This document shows positions 11,574-24,762 of a stretch of DNA of 64,000 nt, piece after piece. A program made the translations under genes and the position numbers. Position 1 is the first letter of the stretch. The number at the start of each line of letters is the position of its first letter. The DNA lies in assembly GCA_051362555.1 (NCBI GenBank), contig CM120644.1, positions 23,830,534-23,894,533 on the forward strand, given 5' to 3'. Origin of the DNA: Lingula anatina (Eukaryota > Animalia > Brachiopoda). The notes under the pieces are model-generated. The model did not search any database. It saw only the letters and a program-made list of their open reading frames with translations, and had not been told where the DNA came from.

Positions 11574-12607
11574 CCCTCAAGAGACCAAGCTATTTTACTG
11601 ACTGAAATGACCAAGTGGGGTCATCTATGACCCCATTGTGCTCTGTACAGGGATCCTTATTATAAAAGGCTGTTGAGGCTTTATCACACCCATAATACTC
11701 CCAGGATTTAAGACAAGTATTTTATAATGATCTAATGTAATAAGTATTTGGTAATAATACTTTTATCGCATGAAATAACCAAGCACAGATTTTAAGAACA
11801 ACATTACACCGGTATTTAGACAGTCATTGTCAGTTTCGACTTGCAGTAATGTTTCTCTTTTTATTTGCCACACTAAATGAAAAAAGTACATTACAAAATT
11901 ACTTTGAGTAAAAATATTTTGATTTATGTTGAGATAACATCCTGCTAACTTCAATAAGAATAATTAGCTGACTTGCTGAGTAGGGAATACACTAATGCTG
12001 GTAAGGAAGTCATACTACTCAGAACACATTCAATCAACCTACATGTATGTTACTACCACAGCTGTGTATAAAACAAAATCCACACAAACAATTTGTTAAT
12101 ATATGTATAATATGATATCGACAGAATTATTTAGATTTCAGAAATACCAAAAAATTGTAACCGTCAAAATGAGAGACCAAGTTATGGGAACAAGTTCCAA
12201 CAAAGCTACTGAAATTAGATTCAGCGATGCACTATTAGTAACACTTCAAGCACAATCTTCACAAACCACTTATTTGTGCCTATGTTTTGGGCACACTGGC
12301 TGGTTGCATGAAGCACATGCATGTGACATTTCCCTGTCAGTGTTGCTTTGGCAAAACATTTGAATAAAATTTAAAAACTAATATGTAAAAACCAATGCTT
12401 CTCTTTGGGGTCATAAATGACCCCACAAGAGTTTTTGATGTATACGCCACACTAATTGGTTGATCCCTACAAAAAACTGTGAAAGTGTGTAGGATTAGTA
12501 GACTGACAAACTCATGCAAGGAAAGAAAATTCGAATAAAAAATAAACAGATGGCACATTAAATCATATGGCTGGGGTCGTAAATGACCCCATCCGGTCAC
12601 TTGAGGT
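11574..12607. mobile_element. piggyBac-type non-autonomous element, copy A
   Basis: TTAA|CCCTCAAGAGACC...GGTCACTTGAGGT|TTAA, with three internal palindromes GGGGTC(N6)GACCCC near the ends. Confidence 0.8.
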
Positions 12608-15391
12608 TTAATTGCTTCATTCCCCCCCCCCCCTTCACTAAGTAAGACGTGAATAAGAGTGCATCTCTAAGGAGATGTGGGATAAATTAACTTTTACCTT
12701 AATTGCTTCATCCCCCCCCCCTCTTCACTAAGTAGGCCTTGAATCAGAGTGCATCTCTAAGGAGAGGTGGGACAAACAGATCTTCTCGCCTATCCAAATA
12801 TCCCTTTGCTGATATGTCACCTTTAATTGTTTGACTACTGCCCACTTCCCACCACACTAAAATATTCATCAAATATGTTTACTTGTTCATTTGTTTGCCT
12901 GACCTTTACCTTGAGGAAAGGTGGTTATATTTCGATTATTCATTTTATGATATTTTCTGTAATTGTACTCAATGAAAAAATGACGGGGATATGCGATGGC
13001 TACCCATCGACACCATCTAGTTTTTTTTTTTTTTTTTTTTTTTTTTTCAAAACTCTCCATTGACATTCTCTTTCATAGAGAGTTGTGGTCATAATACGAT
13101 CAGTGATATAGATATGGAAAATAAGTTTGAAAGTAAAAAGTAAAGTATCACAGAGAGATTTGACTTTAAAGGAGATTACCAATAATTATTTTCGTGCTTC
13201 TTTCTCAGCGTCTATTTTTCCAATTGGAATGTTAAATGTTGAGCAATCTGGAGTTAACGTCACTGCTAATGACATGTTTTATTCATTTGGTAGACATAGC
13301 ATCTCTACTTCAAAGAGAATTAATGAAAGGAGTGATATCAGTTGGAACGCCAAAAATGACCTAAAATTTAGAAGATGTTCTCAAATATTCGAATAACTAT
13401 CTCTACTTATAGTGCTTTCGTATGAAGACAACCCCCCCCCCCCCCCGACCCACAGCACGGGTCAACGCCCCAAACCCAGTGATTCAACCCTACCCCCTGA
13501 ACTTGAAGGATATATACATTTACATGTATGTATACACAAATATAAAGTAAAGTGTATAAAATTCGATTCTTTTCATCCATTTTATGAAAATTTCTTAGTC
13601 TGATGATTCAACTCAAGTACAGAAAATAGTATTTTCATGTAGCATATTATTTTCATGGAGTATAAGTACATAACTTTTTTTGAAATAGAAGTAAACAAAT
13701 TATTATTTATTTTTCATAAATTAACTTTTACCTTAATTGCTTCATTTCTCCCCTTCAGTAAGTAAGCCTTGGATAAGAGTGCATCTCAAAGGAGAGTTGG
13801 GATAAATTAACTTTTACCTGAATTGCTTCATTTCCCCCCCTTCACTAAGTTAGCCTTGAATAAGAGTGCATCTCTAAGGAGAGGTGGGATAAATTAACTT
13901 TTACCTTCCCCCCCCCCTTCACTAAGTAAGCCTTGAATAAGTTTGCATCTCTAAGGAGAGGTGGGACAAACAGATCTTCTCGCCTATCCAAGTATCCCTT
14001 TGCTGATATGTCACCTTTAATTGCTTGACTATTGCCCACCTACCCACCACACTAAAATATTCATAAAATATGTTTACTTGTTCATCTCTTTGCCTGACCT
14101 TTACCTGGAGGATAGGTTGTTATATTTCGATTATTCATTTTATAATATTTTCTGTAATTGTACTCAATGAAAAATGACATTACATTTTAAAAATTCAGTC
14201 GGGAGGTTCGTCCCAACGCTGAACGCCCTAAATCCACATTTGTTTATTATTTCATCTTTCTCCAAACAATTACTGACATCAAGGGAAATTTCTTGACATA
14301 AAATGTTTACAGATATTACACAATTCATTTTTATTTTTGTTTTATGTTAAAACATTCCACTGATATTTTCTTTCGTAGAGGGAGGGGGTCATAATACACT
14401 CAGTATGGAATAGATATAGGGAATAAGTCTGAAGGTAAAAATTAAAGTATCACAGAGATGTTTCGCTTTTAAGGAGATTATCAAAAATTATTTTTTGCGT
14501 CTCTCTGTACGTCCTTTTTCCATTTGGAATGCTAAATGTTGAGTCACCTGGAGTTAACGTCACTGCTACATATCACTGTTACATTTTTTTAGCCATTTAT
14601 ATGTAGCACCTGATGGATATAAAATCTCTACTTCAAAGGGTATTAATGAATGGAGTGATATCAGTTGGAACACCAATAATGGCTTAAAATTTAGAAGATG
14701 TTCTCAAATATTCGAATAACTATCTCTACTTATGGTGCTTTCGTATAAAGACAATCCCACCTTAATTGCTTCATTTCCCCCCCTTCACTAAGTAAGCCTT
14801 GAATAAGAGTGCATCTCTAAGGAGAGGTGGGATAAATTCACTTTTACCTTAGTGAAGGGGGGGAAATGTTTGCAGAGGTATCAAATAATGAACAGGGAGG
14901 TGCGCGCTCGGGCGAACAAAATTTTTAGTCATTAAGTAGAGATAGTTATTCGAATATTTGAGAACATCTTCTAAATTTTAAGTCATTTTTGGTGTTCCAA
15001 CTGATATCACTCCTTTCATTAATTCCCTTTGAAGTAGAGATGCTATGTCTACCAAATTAATAAAACATGTCATTAGCAGTGACGTTAACTCCAGATTGCT
15101 CAACATTTAACATTCCAATTGGAAAAATAGACGCTCAGAAAGAAGCACGAAAATAATAATTGGTAATCTCCTTTAAAGTCAAATCTCTCTGTGATACTTT
15201 ACTTTTTACTTTTAAACTTATTTAACATATCTATTCCATACTGATCGTATTATGACCACAACCCTCTATGAAAGATAATGTCAATGGAGAGTTTTGAAAC
15301 ATAAAAAAAAAATAATAAGAATAATAGATGGTGTCGATGGGTAGCCATCGCATATACCCGGACATGCTCATAGAGCAGCTCACCCTAGGTC

Positions 15392-15573
15392 AGGACAATA
15401 CCCTCTGGACAATACCCCCTCTGGACAATACCCCCAGGACAATACCCTCTGGACAACAACCCCAGGACAATACCCCCAGGACAATACCCTCTGGACAATA
15501 CCCCCAGGACAATACCCTCTGCACAATACCCCCAGGACAATACCCTCTGGACAATAACCCCAGGATAATACCC
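15392..15573 (+). repeat. 14 bp minisatellite GGACAATACCC(CCA/TCT)
   Basis: About 13 tandem units. Shorter arrays sit at the equivalent macrosatellite position at ~19330, ~41250, ~43925 and ~48830. Confidence 0.9.
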
Positions 15574-17913
15574 CTGAACCATCCCCCCAAGGACTTTATG
15601 TTTAGATACAAATATAAAGTAAAGAATGTAAAGTTGAAGATATATCATCCATTCTATTGATATTTTGGTGTGAGGATGCAACTTTATCATTTAACATGTT
15701 ATTTCATAACAAACTCCTTTTTCGTTGAGTACAATTACAGAAAATATTATCAAATAACTAATCAAAGTATAACCACCTATCCTCCAGGTAAAGATCAGGC
15801 AAACAGATGAACAAGTAAACATATTTTATGAATATTTTATTGTGGTGGGAAGGTGGGCAGTAGTCAAGCAATTAAAATTGACAGATCAGCAAAGGGGTAC
15901 TTTGATAAGCGAAAAAGTCTACTTAGAGATGCACTTTGATTCATGGCTTACTAGCTCATTGAAGGGAGAGAAATGAATCATTTAAGGTAACAGTTAAATT
16001 ATCAAAGGGTACTTTGATGAGTTAGATCATTTGTTTAGCCCACCTTTACCTGAATATATGGTTTGATAAGATTTTAAATAAATTCTCTTTACTTCTTTTC
16101 TAAATGTTCTATACTTCACTCCGTGAAAATAATTTAGCGGTGGAGGGGTATTGCCATGGGCTGACCTGTCTGGGAGGGAATCATACTGAAACTGAAGCAA
16201 TATAAGTAGAGATACATGTAGTATTGTGAAATATATGATAACATCTTTTAAATTTCAAGTCATTATGGTGTTCCAACTGATATCACTCCATTTATTGATT
16301 CCCTTTGAAGTAGAGATTTAATATCCATCAGGTACTACATATAAATGAATATAAAAATCGGTACATGTAGCAGTGAAATAACTCCAGATTACTCAACATT
16401 TAGCATTCCAAACGGAAAAAAAGACGCACAGAAAGACGCACAAAATTAATTTGTGATAATCTCTTTAAAACCCAAACCTCTCTGTGATACTTTCAAACTT
16501 ATTTTCCATATCTATTCCATACTGAGCGTATCATGCCCCCCTTCACCTACGAAAGAAAATATCAGTGGAACGTTTTAAACATAAAACAAAAATAAAAATT
16601 AATTGTGTAATATCTGTAAACATTTTATGTCAAGAACTTTCCTTTGATGTCAGTAATTGTTTGAAGAAGGATCAAATAATTAACAAATGTGGATTTATGG
16701 CGTTCGGCGTTGGGACAAACCTCTCGACTGAATTTTAAAAATATTATGTCATTTTTCATTGAGTACAATTACAGAAAATATTATAAAATGAATAATCGAA
16801 ATATAACCACCTATCCTCCAGGTAAAGGTCAGGCAAACAGATGAACAAGTAAACATATTTTATGAATATTTTAGTGTGGTGGGTAGGTGGGCAGTAGTCA
16901 AGCAATTAAAGGTGACATATCAGCAAAGGGATACTTGGATAGGCGAGAAGATCTGTTTGTCCCACCTCTCCTTAGAGATGCACTCTTATTCAAGTCTTAC
17001 TTAGTGAAGGGGGGGGGGGAGGTAAAAGTTAATTTATCCCACCTCTCCTTAAAGATGCACTCTTATTCAAGGCTAACTTAGTGAAGGGGGGGAAATGAAG
17101 CAATTCAGGTAAAAGTTAATTTATCCCAACTCTCCTTAGAGATGCACTCTTATTCAAGGCTTACTTACTGAAGGGGAGAAATGAAGCAATTAAGGTAAAA
17201 GTTAATTTATGAAAAATAAATAATAATTTGTTTACTTCTATTTCAAAAAAAAAAAAAAATGTACTTATACTCCATGAAAATAATATGCTACATGAAAATA
17301 CTATCTTCTGTACTTGAGTTGAATCATCAGACTAAGAAATTTTCATAAAATGGATGAAAAGAATCGAATTTTATACACTTTACTTTATATTTGTGTATAC
17401 ATACATGTAAATGTATATATCCTTCAAGTTCAGGGGGTAGGGTTGAATCACTGGGTTTGGGGCGTTGACCCGTGCTGTGGGTCGGGGGGGGGGGGGGAGG
17501 GGATTGTCTTCATACGAAAGCACTATAAGTAGAGATAGTTATTCGAATATTTGAGAACATCTTCTAAATTTTAGGTCATTTTTGGCGTTCCAACTGATAT
17601 CACTCCTTTCATTAATTCTCTTTGAAGTAGAGATGCTATGTCTACCAAATGAATAAAACATGTCATTAGCAGTGACGTTAACTCCAGATTGCTCAACATT
17701 TAACATTCCAATTGGAAAAATAGACGCTGAGAAAGAAGCACGAAAATAATTATTGGTAATCTCCTTTAAAGTCAAATCTCTCTGTGATACTTTACTTTTT
17801 ACTTTCAAACTTATTTTCCATATCTATATCACTGATCGTATTATGACCACAACTCTCTATGAAAGAGAATGTCAATGGAGAGTTTTGAAAAAAAAAAAAA
17901 AAAAAAAAAAAAA

Positions 17914-18280
17914 AACTAGATGGTGTCGATGGGTAGCCATCGCATATCCCCGCACTTACCCATAGAGCAGCTCACCCTAGGGACCACTTACCACACACGC
18001 ACGTACAAACGCATGTACGCACATACATACACACATATCACTGCTTCATCCAAAGGTATTTAATAATTTTGAATCAACTACCCCCCAGGGGCAGCCCAAC
18101 CCCCTGTTGCACTAAAATACCAAAATGCTTATGCACATTCCTAAAGATGGGTCTACCAATTCCCAAAGTTTCACCCTCCTACCTGCAATAGTCTAGGAGG
18201 AGATAGCGGAAATTATTAACACACAGAGGCACGGACGGGCGGGATAACATGATCCCCGATTTTGTCCCAAAAGTGCGGGG

Positions 18281-18284
<4 letters not shown>
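17914..18284. mobile_element. HINE-like (Helentron-associated) element followed by (AAT)n
   Basis: Starts AACTAGA in an A-run, has a subterminal ATCCCCGCAC, a CA-rich microsatellite core, CCAAAGTTTCA and GGACGG, and a terminal hairpin ATCCCCGA(C)TTTTGTCCCAAAAGTGCGGGGAT. It interrupts GAAACATAAAA|CAAAAATAAAATG of the macrosatellite. Confidence 0.7.
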
Positions 18285-18319
<35 letters not shown>

Positions 18320-19552
18320 GCAATAATAATAATAATGACATGTATAATATCTGTAATCATTTTATGTCAAATTCATTCTCTTGCGTTCAGTAATTGTTTG
18401 CAGAGGTATCAAATAATGAACAGTGGTTGATTTAGGGGAGGTGGGCGTTCGGGCGAACTAAATTTCTAGTCAGTATCGGTTTTGTAACTGATATCACTGC
18501 ACAGATCCATTCACATTGCCATAGAGATTTAATATCCACCAGGTGTTACAAATAAATGACTAAAAATGTCGTTGGCAGTGACGTTAACTCCGGGTCGCTC
18601 AACATTTAATATTCCAAATGGTAGAAAAGACACACAGAAAAACGCACAAAAATAATGCTTGATAATCTTCTTAAAACCCAAATCTCTCTGTGATACTCTA
18701 CTTCTTACTTTCACACATATTTTCCATATCTACTCTATGCAGAGCATGTTAGAAGCACCTCCTTCTATACGAAATGGAAATGGAAATGGAACGTTTTAAA
18801 CATAAAATAAAAAAAATGAATTGTATAATCTCTGTAATCATTTTATGTCAAAGTCATTCTCTTGCGGTCAGTAATTGTTTGGAGAGGTATCATATAATGA
18901 ACAGTGGTTAATTTAGGGAGTTGAGAGTTTGGACGAAACCCCCTTCTGAATTTTAAAAATGTTATCTGTGCACGTTTTCAAGTAGATCTACTCCGCTCTT
19001 TATGATAAAAAATCTGGTTTCAATATTCTCAAACTTCTTGAGTTTTAATTCATATCACTTCTTTGATTAAATCCTTTGCAGTGGAGATGTAATCTCTACC
19101 AGCTGTTACACATAAATAAATAAAGCTCGGAAGCAGTGACGGTGAAACCACCCCTTTCCATATTTAACATTATTGATAGAAAATGAAGCACAGAATAAAA
19201 AAGTCTCTTATTATTCCTCAATGAATAGCATGTATGTCTTTTGTGTGCATGGTCATCAGATGTATATGAAGCAATGATTGTAGAATAATTCATCCCGAAT
19301 CCCCCCCATCCCCTAAACAATTCTCTCGACAACCCCCAGAGCAATACCCCCAGGACAATACCCCCAGGACCAACCCCCAACGACTTTATGTTTAGATACA
19401 AATATATTAAGTAAAGAGTGTAAAGTTGAAGATATGTCATCCATTTTATAGATATTTTGGTGTGAGGATACAACTTTATCATTTAACATGTTATTTCATA
19501 ACAAACTCCTTTTTCGTTGAGTACAATTACAGAAAATATTGTCAAATAAGTA

Positions 19553-21211
19553 CAGGGTTGCTACTTAATATGGAATATTTCTATCATTGTTATTTTTGAG
19601 TACTGATTAATTTTTTTTTGGCTTGAGTCATTAAAAAAGTATGCCACTGAGTAATAAAAACATCCAGTCTTCTGTTGTGAGATATTTTGGTCAATGATAT
19701 CAAATCTGACATAAGATGCTATTCAAAAGAAAGGAACACCCCCAGAAAACCACATCAACAGTTTAATGTCAGTATTAACTTTAAGCTAAGATATTAAAGT
19801 AAATGATAGCCTCCGGACAGTGATATGTTACACAGTCAAAGAACTCACTACAGTAAATCATGAAAAGCCAGTAATTGCGGGTATTACCTCCAGCAGCCGC
19901 TTGCAGCGCCCTCATCCTACATGGCATACCCTGTAACACGTTTTGTAGAGTTTGGATGGGGATATCATTCCACGCAGTGATATTTGCCTGTCGCAGTTCA
20001 TCACTATTTACCGGCCAATGACCATAGCTATTAATTTTGTGAGTTACTTTTGCCCAAAGATTTTCAATTAGGTTCATATCTGGAGAGTTTGTAGGCCAGG
20101 GCAGTTGCTGAACCCATTGGTTTTGAAGAAAAACAGTGATTCTGCGGCCTCGATGTGGGGTTGCGCAGTCGTCTTGGTACACAAAGTTGTTCTTGAAGAT
20201 GGCTCTTACCAATCGAAGCATCGTTTGCCGTAGAATGTCTCTGTAGGAATCCTGGCTGAAGTTGCCTCTTACAAAAACCAACTGGTTCTGGGCACCGACA
20301 TGAAATTCTCCTCAAACAGAGACGTTACAACCCCCTGCTTGCACCCTAGGTAGTACACAACCATCGTTTTATGTCCCTCGTACACGTCGGTGGACACGGA
20401 TTCGACCATCAACCCTAAAAGATCCATATGTGGCCTCATTACTGAAAACGACGTGATTCCAGTGTTTTGGCTGCAAACGCACGTGGTCCCCAGCCCATTA
20501 CAGGCGTCGCTGTATATGACCTGCTGTTAACAGTGGTTTCCCTACTGGCCTTCGTGCAAAATAACCGGCTTGCAGTAATCTCTTGTTCATGATTGACGTT
20601 GAAACGGGCGTTTGAATGACATTCTGCCTCTCTTTTCTGAGGACACTGGTTGCCTTTGTACGACCAGCACGGCGTCCTCTAAGGAGAAGGCGATCCTGTC
20701 TTCTTGGTGTGATACGCGGACACCATGGTCGAGGTATTGGAGTAGGTGCCCCTGTTGCAGCATTTCTTTGGAGGACTTTACAAACGGTTCTTGATAAATG
20801 TTGAATTACCTGGCAATGGCTGTCCGTTTCTGGACATTCTCTCTGAGAGCAAGAGTCCCATAGTAAGCTGCTTTGCTTAGCTGTCGAACCATATCTTCAA
20901 TAAGGTACCTGTCAAGTTTCAGTGCGATCCCTTTGTTGCTTCTCTAAACACACTCCAAAGATCGACGAAACCCATGCGTTTTTATACAAGGGCAGAAATT
21001 GCCGAAAAGACCACCCCTCACATTTCTGACCACAGAAAATGCAACTGCATGCATCAATTGTTTCGAGAGTTGTATGGTAATTAGGTAACACACCTGGCTA
21101 CTCAGGGAGTGACACCTCAGATTTGGATGTAAAGTAGTTAGAGAGAAAATAAATATTTTGTAGAAAATTTACTCGCCAAAAAATAATATTCCATATTAAG
21201 TGGTAACCCTG
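19553..21211 (-). mobile_element. Full-length Tc1 (DD34E) transposon with disrupted transposase
   Basis: TIRs CAGGGTTGCTACTTAATATGGAATATT / AATATTCCATATTAAGTGGTAACCCTG, TA TSD, and an empty site AAATAAGTAATCGAC at 49040-49054. YQDD..PH..WPTNSPDMNLIENLW gives 34 residues between D and E. Confidence 0.95.
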
Positions 21212-21455
21212 TAATCGACGCATTACCACCTATCCTCCAGGTAAAAGTCGGGCAAACAGATGACAGGTAAACATATTTTATGAATGTTTTTAATGTGATG
21301 GGAAGGTGGGCAGTAGTCAAGCAATTAAAATTGACAGATCAGCAGGGGGATACTTGGATAAGCGAGGAAATCTGTTTATTCCACCTCTACTTAGAGATGC
21401 CCTTTGATTCATGACTTACTCAGTGATGTGGGGGGGGGGGGTGTGAATCATTTAA

Positions 21456-21663
21456 GGCTGTATTCCCAGAGCTTTTAGATTGATCTATCCCCGCTGGGGG
21501 TCTCACTAAATTACTGTCAGATAATCCGGCTTAAATGTCCGTCCCGCCTACTACAAGCTGTAAGGGGGTAATTAACTTTCATGTCCGCTCTGCTATTTAG
21601 CTGTGAACCCCCAGGGATTTTGGCGATCTATAGTAGATCGATCTGATCTCTGGAAATGGGGTC
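21456..21663. mobile_element. Harbinger-type MITE (TAA TSD)
   Basis: TAA|GGCTGTATTCCCAGAG...CTCTGGAAATGGGGTC|TAA. Other macrosatellite units show the empty site TCATTTAAGGTAACAG. Confidence 0.8.
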
Positions 21664-22937
21664 TAAGATAACAGTTAATTTATCAAAAGGTACCTGGATG
21701 AGTGAGATCATTCGTTTACCCCACCTTTACCTGAAGATATGGTTTGATCAGATTTTAAATAAATTCTGTTTACTTCTATTTCTAAAATTTGCTATACCTT
21801 CACCCCGTGAAAATTATTTCTCTTAAGAAATTAATAGTCTATATCCTTGAGATGCATTATTACACTAAGCTATATATTTAAATTGCATGCAAAGATGAGA
21901 ATTTTATAATCTTTACTTTACATTTGTATCTAAATACAGCACATTCTTGGGGGGAGAGGGTATGCTCGCGGTGGAAGGGGATTTTCATGGGTTGACTTGC
22001 CTGGGAGGGAATCGTCCTGATACTGAAGCAGTATCAGTAAAAAAAAAAAATGTAGTTATGTGAAATATATATGGTCATCTTTTAAATTTCAAGTCATTTT
22101 GGTGTTTAAACTGATATCACTCCATTCTTTGATACTCTTTGAAGTAGATGTCTAACAGGTATTACAGATAAATGAATAAAAAAGTCGCTAGCAGTGACAT
22201 TAACTCCAGATGACTCAACATTTAACATTCAAAATGGAAAAAATAGACGTACAGAAAGACGCACAAAAATTATGTTTGATAATCTCCTTAAAAGCCAAAT
22301 CTCTCTGTGATACTTTACTTCTTACTTTCAAGGGTATTTTCCAAATCTATTCCATACAGAGCGTTTTGAAACATAAAACAGGAATGAAAATGAAATGTCG
22401 GATATCTGTAAACATTTTACGTCAAAGTCATTCTCTTGCGGTCAGTAATTGTTTGAAGAGGTATCAAATAATGAACAGTGGTTGATTTAGGGGAGGTGGG
22501 CGTTCAGACTAATCCCTCTACTGAATTTTTAAAATGTAATGTGCACGTTTTTAGTGAATAGACCCCCCTACTTACGATAAAAGCCTGGTTTGTTTATTCT
22601 CAAACTCTTCGTTTCTTTATTAAAATCACCCCATTGATTGAATCCCTTTGCAGTGGAGATGCAATCTCTACCAGCTGTTACACATTAATAAATAAATGTT
22701 GCAAAGCAGTGACGGTGAAATCAGCCCTTTTCCCTATTTAATATTCCAAATGGAAAAAAATAATTTGAACATAAAGGTCTCTTAGAGTAGTATTGGCTAA
22801 TTGTCAGTTCTATACGTCCTTAAGCAAAATTTCAGGCTTCCCTCACACAGTTTCTACATGTGTGTGGCACATTCACATTAAGGATTTTCGCACATGTGCA
22901 GCACATCTCATTTCCATGGTAATACACGCATCTCCAG

Positions 22938-23410
22938 CACACTTCTTGCATGTCTCCTGCACACATCCCACACACTATCTCCACACACCCTGCACACTTC
23001 TTGCATGTCTCCTGCACACATCCCACACACTATCTCCACACACCCTGTACACTTCTTGCATGTCTGCTGCACACTTTCTGCCTGCTTACTGCATAGTTAC
23101 CGTAATTGTTTTTTTTTTTAAGTATATTTAAATTGATTATTTAGATTGAAACAATTTTACCATTTATTTTTAAACAAAACTGCTTTAAAAACACTCTCCA
23201 CACACCCTGCACACTTCTTGCATGTCTCCTGCACACATCCCACACACTATCTCCACACACCCTGTACACTTCTTGCATGTCTCCTGCACACATCCCACAC
23301 ACTATCTCCACACACCCTGCACACTTCTTGCATGTCTGCTGCACACATCCCATACACTATCTCCACACACCCTGCACACTTCCATGCATATTTCCTGCAC
23401 ACTTTCTGCC
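22938..23410 (+). repeat. 55 bp minisatellite (5 x 11 bp subunits), split in two by a copy of its own 3' flank
   Basis: Unit CACACTTCTTG-CATGTCTCCTG-CACACATCCCA-CACACTATCTC-CACACACCCTG. Confidence 0.92.
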
Positions 23411-24762
23411 TGCTTACTGCATAGTTACCTTAATTGTTTTTTAAGTATATTTAAATTGATTCTTTAGATTGAAACAATTATACCATTTATTTTTAAACAA
23501 AACTGCTTTAAAAACACTTACATTCCTCACACATCTGGGATCAGTAGATAGTTTTGAAGCAGTTACCCCCCCCCCCCCCAAGGGTCATTTTATATCATTT
23601 AAATAAGTAGGAAAGTTAGAGGTAAAAATAAACTGTCACAAAATTATGAAGATAAACCAATACAAATCAACTCCATACTTAAGAATAATAACAAGTTTAA
23701 AGTATTGGTGCAAGATATAAACAACTTACTTTAAGTGTACTTCTCTTTGCATATGAAAATAACTGTGCAGAGGTCATTCAATTGGACTGTTGCTGACAGT
23801 TCTTGTAGGATGAAAAAATTAAATTATTGGTGAAATTTGAGATGAGGGTCTGACAAAATGTATCCACAGCAAGATCTGTCCCTTCCAGTCTTGTCATGCC
23901 AGGTTCTGCATGTTGGCTACTCTCTAGGATCGCCTGAAATAATAAACAATATTCAACAAATTTATTCGACGTAATACGGTTAGAGACTGAAGAAATAACA
24001 AATGGATTGTAATCATTAACCACATATTAAATCAGCAGTAAAGGAATAATTTTATTTCAGATTTAATTGTTCATCGGATGTATATGAAGCAATGATTCTA
24101 GGGCAATTCATGCCGGACAATTCCCCCCGGATGATCCTCCCCGCTCTCCCCAATGATTGTTTGGTTTATATACAAATATACATTTATAAATGTTAAGTTC
24201 AACACATGTCATCTTTTTTATAGATATTTTCAGTGTCATAATACAACTTTACCATTTATCAAATCAATTCATGACAAAATATATCTAAATATATCTAAAT
24301 ATATCCTTTCTTTTATAATGGCTATAAAACCAAGTATAATAATGAGCCCACATCCATTTATTGAGACTTCACATACAAACATACCTGTACTCAACATTAA
24401 AACTAAATGTTACTTATCCTTTTTACTACTGGCAATAGTGATATAATAAGCACTGATTAACATTATGGAATAATTATATATATAAACACAACCTTTAACT
24501 TAAACTCAAAACTATTATATATCAAAGTATCTAACACATTACTCTTATTACAAAATATCAATACACAAAAACATAGTCTGACACTGTATAGTTACTACAG
24601 TTCTTTATAAACTGTTTAGTTTCAAGTCACTGATTCACCATCCTAGAAGTTATTAAATCATTATAATAACAAAGTCTTTTTCCAGTTCACTTGCAAAGCA
24701 TATAGTCCCCGTTGAAAACACAACAGGTGTCTATAAGTTTAAAAGCCATGTCATCATAAAAA

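Larger units (their letters stand above)
3514..24278 (+). repeat. Segmental tandem duplication, copy A (~20.8 kb)
   Basis: Collinear and near-identical to 24294-52055 at both ends (3514-12975 vs 24294-37685; ~16750-24278 vs ~45190-52055). Duplicated ORF translations in the track agree. Confidence 0.93.
12612..24278. repeat. Complex ~2 kb macrosatellite array, copy A (minus orientation to ~14847, plus after)
   Basis: Recurring ordered blocks: CCAACTGATATCACTCC, GCAGTGACGTTAACTCC, AAATCTCTCTGTGATAC, GAGGTATCAAATAATGAACAG, CCACCTATCCTCCAGGTAAA, CCCACCTCTCCTTAGAGATGCAC. Partial units also at ~7295-7990 and ~9420-9900. Confidence 0.85.

Noticed and set aside
13127-13396. Recurrent small ORFs (MKVKSKVSQRDL..., MIKLHPHTKI..., MGSSQAIKGD...) as a gene family
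   Set aside because: They recur because the macrosatellite recurs. Frames break between units and I see no domain or splice structure.
15328-15690. Pro/Gly-rich repetitive ORFs on both strands
   Set aside because: Translations of the 14 bp minisatellite.
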